A program made the translations under genes and the position numbers. Shown here one piece after another: positions 1 to 8,038 of a DNA stretch of 64,000 bases. How positions within the stretch are numbered: the first letter of the stretch is position 1; each line of letters starts with the position of its first letter. Source of the DNA: an uncultured Gemmatimonadaceae bacterium (lineage in GTDB: Bacteria > Gemmatimonadota > Gemmatimonadetes > Gemmatimonadales > Gemmatimonadaceae); contig CAVUDW010000003.1 of the NCBI GenBank assembly GCA_963740355.1, positions 1,440,001-1,504,000 on the forward strand, given 5' to 3'. The notes below the pieces were generated by a model that ran no database searches, was not told the origin of the DNA, and saw only the letters and a program-made list of their open reading frames with translations.

Positions 1-1283
1 TCCGGCAGGCGTCGGTGGCGCGCACCGAACGCGATCGGGCACGGGTGGAGCAGGCACGCACACAACGGGTGGCCGAGTTCTTCCAGCAGGTGTTCGCACA
101 GGCCACGCCCCGTGAAGGGGGCCGCGCGCTGACGGTGGTCGAGGCACTCGATCGAGCGATCCCGATGATCGACTCCGCGTTCATTCGCGAGCCCGACTTG
201 CTGGCGTCGGTGAAGTTGTCGGTCGGCTCCACGTTGCAGAACATGGAGCAGCACGAGAAGGCACGACCGCTCTTGCAGGCGGCGTACGACTACTTCCGCC
301 AGCACGACGGCAGCCAGCCATCGCGCAACCAGACCGACGCCATGTGGGAACTGGCGAACCTTGCTCGGCAGGATGGGCGCACTGCGGAAGCGGAATCGTT
401 GTACGTGCGGCTGGCGACCATCTATCGGACGCAGCCTGGGTACGCACCGAACGATCCGATCCTCTCGCTGCTCCGGATTGCGGGGCTGCGCATCGATGCG
501 GGTGACCTGCCGGGAGCGGTGGCCGCCTACGACTCGCTGATTCCGCGACTAGTGCAGTTGAATCGCACCGACTCCCTGGACCTCGCCGCGAACCTCGGCT
601 CGCGCGGGACTGCGTTGGTCGCACTGGGTCGTTTCGAGCGCGCCACCAAGGACTTCGCCGCCTGCATCGCGCTCGATGACAAGCTCCTCGGCGCTGACAG
701 CTTTGCGACCGGTGAAGTGTTGCAGCCTTATGCTGGTGCAATGCTTTTCACCGGGCGACTGGTGGTCGCCGAATCGCTGGCGCGTCGTTCAGTCGCGATC
801 TCGCGCCGCGAGTTCGGTGAGGCGGCGACGGGCACCCTGGCGGCGAAGCGAATGCTCGGCACCATCCTGGTGGCGGCCGATCGCTGTGCCGATGCCACGC
901 CTGTCTTCAGCGAGATCCTGTCGCATCGCGGGTCCGGGATTCCAGACACCGATCCCAGCATCGGGTATGCGTTGGCACACCGCGGCTACTGTCGTGCGCG
1001 CGATGGACAGACGACGGCGGGGATTGCGGATGCGCGCTCAGGGCTGCAGCTCACGCGCACCGTCTTCGGCGACAAGCACTACATCTACTTTCTGGCCGAG
1101 AGTCTGACCGGCGCCGCGATTGGTTTCGGCCCTGCGAGCGGTCGTGCAGAGGCGGAGCGCATGCTGCGCGATGCTGCCGAGGGGCTGCGGAAGGCGCTCG
1201 ATGCCGCGCATCCGCGGGTGCGGGACGCCGACGCACGGATGGCGGAGTTCCGGCGACGCACGGGTGTGTCAGAGAAGGGCTGA
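1..1283 (+). CDS. C-terminal TPR-repeat region of a probable Ser/Thr protein kinase (5'-truncated by the window edge)
   Basis: ORF 15-1283 has 'RVAEFFQQVFAQATP...LTVVEALDRA' followed by TPR-like helices and 'HPRVRDA', the typical tail of kinase-TPR proteins; the kinase domain is not in the window. Confidence 0.75.
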   Translation, partial: RQASVARTERDRARVEQARTQRVAEFFQQVFAQATPREGGRALTVVEALDRAIPMIDSAFIREPDLLASVKLSVGSTLQNMEQHEKARPLLQAAYDYFRQHDGSQPSRNQTDAMWELANLARQDGRTAEAESLYVRLATIYRTQPGYAPNDPILSLLRIAGLRIDAGDLPGAVAAYDSLIPRLVQLNRTDSLDLAANLGSRGTALVALGRFERATKDFAACIALDDKLLGADSFATGEVLQPYAGAMLFTGRLVVAESLARRSVAISRREFGEAATGTLAAKRMLGTILVAADRCADATPVFSEILSHRGSGIPDTDPSIGYALAHRGYCRARDGQTTAGIADARSGLQLTRTVFGDKHYIYFLAESLTGAAIGFGPASGRAEAERMLRDAAEGLRKALDAAHPRVRDADARMAEFRRRTGVSEKG

Positions 1284-1419
1284 CGCAACATCGCGGGTAA
1301 CGAGCGCCCTAGTGGTGGCCGCCGTCGAGCGAAAGGAATTCTGGTGCGGTGAGAGGTTGTCGAGCCGACCTGCGCGTGAAGGAGTGGATCGTATTTCACC
1401 CTTCCGGCTCGAGGTTCGC

Positions 1420-2541
1420 ATGTCGTCACATCGGTTGTCTTCACGGTGGCTGCCCACTCGCACGACGCCGCTCGCGGCAGTGTTGCTCATGCTGACGACG
1501 CTCGCCGGGTGTGGAGGCGGTGGCGGCGACACCACCCAGCCGCCGCCGCCATCAGCCACCGTGGGATCACTCACGGTGAGCATCGCAGGTCTGCCGGCCG
1601 ACGTCACACCGGCAGTCACGGTGACCGGTCCGGCAGGCTATACGCAGACGTTCGGTGCAACGCGCACACTCACTGGTCTGACGCCCGGTGCCTACACCGT
1701 CACCGGTGCCAACATCGCCGATCGCAGCGTGGGCTATGCGGCACCCGTCGCCAACGCGACGGTCACGGCTGGAGGCAGCGCGTCGGCCAGCGCCGCGTAC
1801 AGCCTTCGGATTCTCGCGCGCACGACCACCAACCGCACCGATGAATCGACGTCGCCGCGCCTCAAGGTCTTTTACGCGCTGCCGAGTGATGGCACGGACC
1901 GCAATCTCGACACCGATGGCACGCTGCATCGCACGGTGAGCAGCGGCCAGCGCTGGCTTGCGTCACAAACCGCCGGCCGCTCCATCCGTTACGACGTGGC
2001 CGACGGTGGGCTCGACATCACCTTCGTTCGCCTGCCGCGAAACGACGCCGCGTACTACAGCTACAACACGCAAATTCGTGATTCGATCGAAAAGGACCTG
2101 CGCGCGGCGGGGTGGACGCAGGCCAACGTGATGCTGCTGGTCTACTACGACGGTCGGCATGTCGATCGATGCGCATCAGCGGCATGGCCACCCAACTTCC
2201 CCGGTACGGTGGGCGTCCTCTACCTGAAAGGCCTCCCGAACGGGCCGATTCCTTGCGCCAGCAACCAGTTCGCCGCCTCTCCGACTGCGGCACCGGGCTA
2301 TTTGGAGTACCTCGCCCAACACGAGGTCTTCCACCTGCTGGGCGTGGTGAGCACCGGCGCTCCCAACCATGCACTCTCGGGTCACGTCAGTAATGATCCA
2401 ACCGACTTGATGTACGCCGGTAACCTCGGCTGGCGACCCTCGACGGTCGATGTGACGAAAACGAACTACTACAACGCCGCGGGGCTGCCGGGCACGGTGA
2501 CGAACTTCATCAATTCGCCGTACGTCGTGGCGGTGCCGTAG
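1420..2541 (+). CDS. Lipoprotein with a C-terminal zincin-like metalloprotease motif
   Basis: Signal peptide and lipobox LAGC, Ig-like Thr-rich segment, HEVFHLLG (HExxH) and downstream 'DLMY' Met-turn-like motif; start chosen at ATG 1420. Confidence 0.65.
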   Translation: MSSHRLSSRWLPTRTTPLAAVLLMLTTLAGCGGGGGDTTQPPPPSATVGSLTVSIAGLPADVTPAVTVTGPAGYTQTFGATRTLTGLTPGAYTVTGANIADRSVGYAAPVANATVTAGGSASASAAYSLRILARTTTNRTDESTSPRLKVFYALPSDGTDRNLDTDGTLHRTVSSGQRWLASQTAGRSIRYDVADGGLDITFVRLPRNDAAYYSYNTQIRDSIEKDLRAAGWTQANVMLLVYYDGRHVDRCASAAWPPNFPGTVGVLYLKGLPNGPIPCASNQFAASPTAAPGYLEYLAQHEVFHLLGVVSTGAPNHALSGHVSNDPTDLMYAGNLGWRPSTVDVTKTNYYNAAGLPGTVTNFINSPYVVAVP

Positions 2542-2691
2542 GCTGGTCGTCTGACGGGTGCCAATCCTCAGGTCGAGAAGATTCGACCTCGCAGGGCATG
2601 CTCGGTGTTCGTGGCATCGGCTCGCGCCGATACTCGCACACTGAGCCTCGCCCATTCGGGGATGCGGCATCCTTCAACGCTCGTGAAAGCC

Positions 2692-3342
2692 ATGCAGTCG
2701 GAAGACCTCACCGCGACCGAGGCGGAACAGGCGCATGACGCCGAGGCCAGCATCGCTGCCGTTGCGCAGTCAGCGGTAGTTGAGACTGTTGACGCCGCGG
2801 TCGATCACGGCGTCGATCGCACTGTGGATCGCACCTGGCGCGCGCGTCCGCGGCTCGCCGCGCTCGCCACACGACCGGTCTTCCTCGCGCTGGCCGGCAC
2901 CGCGACCTGCATCCTGATCGCCCGTGGCACCGGCATCTACGCCAGTGCACACGGCGTGGCCACGTGGGACTCGATCGCATTCCTGGCGCGCGTGGTGGCC
3001 ATCGGCTGCCTCGCCTGGACGGCGGCATACCTGAGCTTCCGTGGCGCTGCGCTGCTCAACACCAGCTACGAACTCTCCGACGACCTGCTGGTGCTGCACA
3101 CTGGCGTATTCCGTCGCCGCGCGCATCACATCCCTCTGCGGATGGTCGTGGATGCCACGGTGGACACTGCACGGTGGGAGCGAATGTTCGGCTGTGGCAC
3201 CGTGATCGTGCACTCACGCGATCGGCGTGCGCCGCTGGCGCGACTGGTCGGTGTGACCACGACCGGTGCGCTTGCCGATGATGTGCTGGACCGCGCGACC
3301 GCGGCCCGTCGCGCGGCAGACGCGGTCTTCCTGCTGGACTGA
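2692..3342 (+). CDS. Bacterial PH-domain (bPH_2/YdbS-like) membrane protein
   Basis: Two TM helices followed by 'YELSDDLLVLHTGVFRR...IPLRMV...WERMFGCGTVIVHS'; start uncertain. Confidence 0.7.
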   Translation: MQSEDLTATEAEQAHDAEASIAAVAQSAVVETVDAAVDHGVDRTVDRTWRARPRLAALATRPVFLALAGTATCILIARGTGIYASAHGVATWDSIAFLARVVAIGCLAWTAAYLSFRGAALLNTSYELSDDLLVLHTGVFRRRAHHIPLRMVVDATVDTARWERMFGCGTVIVHSRDRRAPLARLVGVTTTGALADDVLDRATAARRAADAVFLLD

Positions 3343-3367
3343 GGCGCCGTCAATCGATGAAGACATC

Positions 3368-3409
3368 ACCGCGGACCTGCGTGTAGAGCGCAGGTCCGCG
3401 GTCCCTTTT
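3368..3409. terminator. Intrinsic terminator hairpin between convergent genes
   Basis: ACCGCGGACCTGCG-tgtagag-CGCAGGTCCGCGGT perfect 14-bp stem followed by ccTTTT. Confidence 0.7.
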
Positions 3410-3426
3410 CTGGTCGTACCGTTCAA

Positions 3427-4890
3427 TCAGCGGTGGCTCGTCAACAACGCCCTGATCTGCGACAGGCTCTGCTCATTCTGTAGCTGCCCATCCCGGAAGA
3501 CGGTCTTCAACTCGCAGTCGTTGACCTCTGCCCACGTGGCCTGGTCCTTCAGCACATATCGTCCGTCAGCATCCTTGAAGACGGCTGTCAGCCCCTTCGC
3601 GCTCCGCTTCGTGCCGTCGTCGGTCTTCGGTGCCTTGAAGATCTCGCGATCTTCGCCCTTCACCACTGCGAACGTCGCCTTGGCCGCATAGCCATCCGTA
3701 TCACGCGTGACGCACTGATAGGTGTACGAGCCGATGCCGAAGACAATGTTGGTGCTGGCGAATCCCTTTGCCTTCAGCCCTTCGCAGATCGCTTCGGCCC
3801 GCTCCATCGTGATCGAGTCACCGTAGATCAGGCCGACGTGCGGGTCCAGTACCCGGTAGCCCTGTGTGCTCATCGTCCCGCCGAACACCTCCCAGAGACA
3901 CTCGATCGCCCCCTTGTACTCCGGCGAGCCGACTGGTGCCGCGGGATCACCGCAGACGATCAGCACCGGATCGCCCGTATCGGGGCGGAAGACGACCTTG
4001 CCATCGCGCGCCAGGATCTGCGACTTGAGCGTCACGGTGTACTCCGTCATCACCTTCCAGAAATCCCAGCTGTCTGACACGATGCTGACGATGCCGGCCG
4101 GATAGACCTCGGTGATCAACCGGGTGAAGGTCCCGATCTCGTCCGACATGCCGCCGGCACACATCACGCTGTGCTCCGTGGCCGCCACGCTGCCACCGAT
4201 CAATTCCTTGTCGGCATCGGCGCCGTAGAACTCCTCCAGAAAGTCGATCGCTGGAATGGTGTCGGTGCCCGTGAACGAGGTGAGGTGCGCTGCACCACTC
4301 ATCCGCGCGGCCTCGAACCCGAACATGCCACGGAACGAAAAGTCATGCCCCTGCCACGGAACGAAGCTCGCATCACCAACCGTCTCGATGGCGTACTTCG
4401 TCAACAGGATCTTGAAGTAGTACGCGGTCGTGGCGCTGGTACTTGGACCCCACAGCGTCGTGGACAGGATCGTTTCGAGATAGTTCGTGAGCCAGAAGAA
4501 GCGCTCGTCGGTGTTGAAGATCACCAGTTGCGGCACCCGAAGCGGAATCAGGCTGCCCTCTGGCAAGGCCATGATGCAGATCGGCAGGAAGCCAAGCTCA
4601 TGGAGCGCCGCCACGTGCTCCGAGCCGACCGCGTTCGGACCGAGGTAGCTGTCGATGCGTCGCGTGAACTTTCGCACCACGGCATCACGTGGCTGGCTGA
4701 AGAAATCGTCGTTCCACTGACGGACCAGGTATTCCTTGAGGAAATACTGCAGGCCGAAGAACACCACCTGATCAGTCTCCGCGCGACGTGTCTTGCGCGG
4801 AGTGAAGTTGGTGAAGATCAGGCTCGTGCCGTCGGGGTACTGGCGTCTGTGGTCAACCTTGTAGCCATCAATCTGCGTGATCGGATTCAT
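3427..4890 (-). CDS. nadV: Nicotinamide phosphoribosyltransferase-family protein (NadV/Namat-like)
   Basis: DGYKVDH..QYP, HDFSFRG, ATEHSV, SIVSDSWD, RPDTGDP, GLIYGDSIT and KRSAKG motifs. Confidence 0.9.
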   Translation of the reverse strand: MNPITQIDGYKVDHRRQYPDGTSLIFTNFTPRKTRRAETDQVVFFGLQYFLKEYLVRQWNDDFFSQPRDAVVRKFTRRIDSYLGPNAVGSEHVAALHELGFLPICIMALPEGSLIPLRVPQLVIFNTDERFFWLTNYLETILSTTLWGPSTSATTAYYFKILLTKYAIETVGDASFVPWQGHDFSFRGMFGFEAARMSGAAHLTSFTGTDTIPAIDFLEEFYGADADKELIGGSVAATEHSVMCAGGMSDEIGTFTRLITEVYPAGIVSIVSDSWDFWKVMTEYTVTLKSQILARDGKVVFRPDTGDPVLIVCGDPAAPVGSPEYKGAIECLWEVFGGTMSTQGYRVLDPHVGLIYGDSITMERAEAICEGLKAKGFASTNIVFGIGSYTYQCVTRDTDGYAAKATFAVVKGEDREIFKAPKTDDGTKRSAKGLTAVFKDADGRYVLKDQATWAEVNDCELKTVFRDGQLQNEQSLSQIRALLTSHR

Positions 4891-4959
4891 CTATCGCTCA
4901 GGGTGAAGGAATGACTGCCCATTTCAGATTCGCCGCGTTTCCATTGCTGCGTCCGTTCC

Positions 4960-5778
4960 TCAGAGGTCCAGCGGGAAGACCGAGATGGTGTCCGGGTACT
5001 CCGACTGCGGCTTGAACGAGTCGGTCGTGCCGATCGAGGCGAATCGGGCCAACAGCGCGTCATGACCTTTCGCAAAGATCCCGTGCGACACGAAGAGGTG
5101 ATTCTCCCTCGACCCCGCCGCGGTCAACGCGTCGGCAAGATTGAGGAAGGTGCCACCACCGTCACAGATGTCATCGACGATCACGCACACCCTGCCCTGC
5201 ACATCGCCAAGCACCGTCGGCGCCGCGAGCGAACCGTCTTCCAGGTTGCGACTCTTGGTCGCCACGATCACGTCGGCGCCAATCGTGGTGGCTAGACGTG
5301 ACGTCTTCTTGTAGGCACCCGCGTCCGGCGCGACCAACACGAAGTCGGACGTGCCAACACGAGTCCGGATGTACTTCGCCGCCATCGCATCGCTGTTGAT
5401 GTTCGTGCAGCGGTCGAGCAAGGCCGGCCCAACATCGGAATGGGCGTCGAAGACCCGCACTTCCCTCAACGCGAGCGCGTTGATCAATCGTGCGAACACC
5501 TTCAGGCTGAAGGGTTCGCCCGGCACCATCACCCGATCCTGCCGGGCGTACGGCAGGTACGGTAGCAGCAGCGTGATCTGGCTGGACGGCACGCCGACGC
5601 GGTCGAGGGCGTCCACTGCCAGCAGCAGTTGCATCACATCATCGCCTGAGCGAATGCGGCAGCGGATCGTCACTTCTGCGTCGGCATCGACCGGCGCGTC
5701 GAGCCGCAGGTGCGTTTCCCCGCCATTGAACGTGAAGGTCGTGAACTCTATGACCTGCGAATCGTGCGAGATATCCAT
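4960..5778 (-). CDS. prs: Ribose-phosphate pyrophosphokinase-family protein (Prs/Adps-like)
   Basis: FTFNGGE, PYLPYARQDR, DAHS, APDAGA and VDDICDGGGTF motifs. Confidence 0.9.
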   Translation of the reverse strand: MDISHDSQVIEFTTFTFNGGETHLRLDAPVDADAEVTIRCRIRSGDDVMQLLLAVDALDRVGVPSSQITLLLPYLPYARQDRVMVPGEPFSLKVFARLINALALREVRVFDAHSDVGPALLDRCTNINSDAMAAKYIRTRVGTSDFVLVAPDAGAYKKTSRLATTIGADVIVATKSRNLEDGSLAAPTVLGDVQGRVCVIVDDICDGGGTFLNLADALTAAGSRENHLFVSHGIFAKGHDALLARFASIGTTDSFKPQSEYPDTISVFPLDL

Positions 5779-5829
5779 GGTGTTGGCTGAGAACCTGTCG
5801 TTGCGGAAGGACTGCAGGAACGAGGTGAA

Positions 5830-6521
5830 TCACAGCTCGAACAGAAAACCCTTCTTCTTCAGTCGCTCGTAACGCGCCGGATCAAATCGGAACAGCTGCG
5901 CGGGCCGGTGCGCCCCCGCACGCTCGAACTCCTTCAGTGGCACCAGTAACTCGAAGCCGAGCACCTTCTTGCGGAAGTTTCGCTTGTCGATCTCCGTACC
6001 GAGGACCGCCTCGTAGAGTCGCTGTAGCTGCGAGAGCGTGAACTTCGACGGCAGGAGCTCGAAGCCGATGGGCTGGTAGCGGAGCTTCCCTCGCAACCGC
6101 GTCAGTGCCGCGTCGAGAATCTCCGCGTGATCGAACGCCAGCGCCGGAACCGCAGCGAGAGGAAACCAATGGGCTTCGCTGGCGTCGGTCGCCGCCGTGG
6201 TGACGTGGTCGGTCGGGCTCACCAGCGCGTAGTAGGCCACGCTCACCACCCGCTCCCGCGGGTCGCGATCGCAGGCTGACCGAAGGTGTAGAGCTGCTCG
6301 AGGTAGACGTCGCGCAGGCCCGCTTCCTCTTGCAGCTCACGTCGCGCCGCGTCGTCCACCGTCTCGGTGATACGGACGAACCCGCCCGGTAGCGCCCACT
6401 CGGCATTGAACGGTGCGAGCCCTCGCCGGATCAGCAGGACCTGCAGTTCGCCGCCATCGAACCCGAAGACGACGCAGTCGACGGCCAGTGCCGGTCGCGG
6501 ATGCTTGTAAGTGTTGTTCAC
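5830..6521 (-). CDS. nrtR: NrtR family Nudix-related transcriptional regulator, split by one frameshift near 6270
   Basis: N-part [34 protein letters not shown] (6243-6521); C-part [41 protein letters not shown] (5830-6249); the join restores [10 protein letters not shown]. Confidence 0.9.
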
Positions 6522-6527
6522 ACACCA

Positions 6528-6556
6528 AGTATAGTGTGCGTCTTACACCAAGTCAA
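6528..6556 (-). promoter_or_regulatory. Sigma70-type promoter of the nrtR operon
   Basis: Minus strand TTGACT (6556-6551), 17-nt spacer, TATACT (6533-6528); the GTG start lies 6 nt downstream of the -10 box. Confidence 0.8.
6531..6551. promoter_or_regulatory. NrtR operator (GT-N7-AC palindrome)
   Basis: ATAGTGT-gcgtctt-ACACCAA, spanning the promoter spacer; fits the GT-N7-AC core known for NrtR sites. Confidence 0.75.
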
Positions 6557-6643
6557 GCACTGGCCCCCAGCTTGTGGTGCAGCCGGCGACACCGCGTGGC
6601 TACCTTCCCCCAATCGCCCGCTCCCAATCGCCGTCGCACACCC

Positions 6644-7900
6644 ATGCGAGTCTCACCGCCCCCCGCCCGCCACCTGCTCGCGCTTGCCCTGCTGGCGGGC
6701 TGCGCGGGACGCGGCGACACCGTCACCCCGCCAGTGGCGCCACCGGTCGTGACATCGGGGCCGTCGCCGGACGTCGTGCTCCTCGCATGCGATTCCGGTG
6801 TGCCACTGTGGGTCGCAACACAACAGGGCAACGGACCATGGACCACAGTCACCGCCTCCGCGACTGGCCGATACGCCATCACCTATCCAGCAGGGAGCGG
6901 AGGCTTGATCGTCGTCGACACCATCAACAACGGTGTTCGCACCAGTGTGCTCTACATGGCGTCGGACGAATTCACTGCGATGCTCGCGCGCACCGACACG
7001 ACGCGTTCCTGCACGCGTCGCTCGACCAATGTGACCGTTGCCGGTTTGCGCGGCACCGACGTCGCACGCGTCGGGCTGGGCGGCGGAGCCCGCACCATCA
7101 CCGACAACGGCGTGCCAGGCACCATCAGCGATCTTGGCACGCGCTCGGTCTCACTCGGTGCCGCACGAGTTCATCAGGGCACGATGCGCGCCGACCTCCT
7201 GATTCTCCGGCGCGGCATCCCCTTCCCCGGTCCGCACGCACTAGTCGACTTCGGAAGCGCTGAGTCGATCCGGCTTGATAGCGTACCGCTGACAGTGACG
7301 AATACTGGCGGGCAGGCGACGACGATCGCGATGTCGATTCTGTCGTTCAGCCTCGGTGGCGCCTCGGTGGAACTCGACCGCACCGTGATCGGTGCCGATG
7401 GTACCACACCGCTTCGTCGCGTGCCGCTCGCGTCGCAAGTCAGCGGCGACATACACGCGGTCCTCGCGCAGACGGGCTTCCCAGATCCTCGTCAGGTGCA
7501 GTCATACGTGAGCGCGACATCGCCGATCACGGTCACACTCGGTCCTCCGTTGTCGCAGCCAACGGTGTCGACGATCAGCGGATCGCGCCCGCGCATGTCG
7601 CTGTCCGCGCAGTCCGCGTATGCCACCGCGGTGCAGGCCAGCTATTTCCAGCCGCAGGGGCGATCGCTGAGTGTGATCGTGTCGGCCCGGTATCTCGGTG
7701 GGTTGCCGACGACGTGGGATCTCGTACCGCCGGACCTGACCGGTGTTGCGGGATGGAATCCCGCGTGGGCGCTGACCGCGGGGCAAGCGCTCTGGCAGGC
7801 GAATGGCTTCGGCGGGCTGCTGGGCTCAGAGCCGAGGGGTGGTGCGGTGGGACGGGTGAGCACCTTCGCACTGCAACAAGGGGCAGTGTCGTTGTTCTGA
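6644..7900 (+). CDS. Hypothetical secreted lipoprotein
   Basis: MRVSPPPARHLLALALLAGC lipobox, long beta-rich ORF. Confidence 0.65.
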   Translation: MRVSPPPARHLLALALLAGCAGRGDTVTPPVAPPVVTSGPSPDVVLLACDSGVPLWVATQQGNGPWTTVTASATGRYAITYPAGSGGLIVVDTINNGVRTSVLYMASDEFTAMLARTDTTRSCTRRSTNVTVAGLRGTDVARVGLGGGARTITDNGVPGTISDLGTRSVSLGAARVHQGTMRADLLILRRGIPFPGPHALVDFGSAESIRLDSVPLTVTNTGGQATTIAMSILSFSLGGASVELDRTVIGADGTTPLRRVPLASQVSGDIHAVLAQTGFPDPRQVQSYVSATSPITVTLGPPLSQPTVSTISGSRPRMSLSAQSAYATAVQASYFQPQGRSLSVIVSARYLGGLPTTWDLVPPDLTGVAGWNPAWALTAGQALWQANGFGGLLGSEPRGGAVGRVSTFALQQGAVSLF

Positions 7901-8038
7901 GGTCGGGGAACCCGGGATTCGTCGGCAAAGTCGCCGCAGGTGCTTCGCAACCGCGCGACCGCGTCCTACGTTCAGTCTCATGCGTATTGGCTGACTTCGT
8001 GCGACGGCTTCCTACCCCCTGAAATTCGTTAATTCGTA

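Noticed and set aside
6243..6280. Programmed frameshift in nrtR
   Set aside because: No slippery heptamer; an indel in a contig with many other indels is more likely
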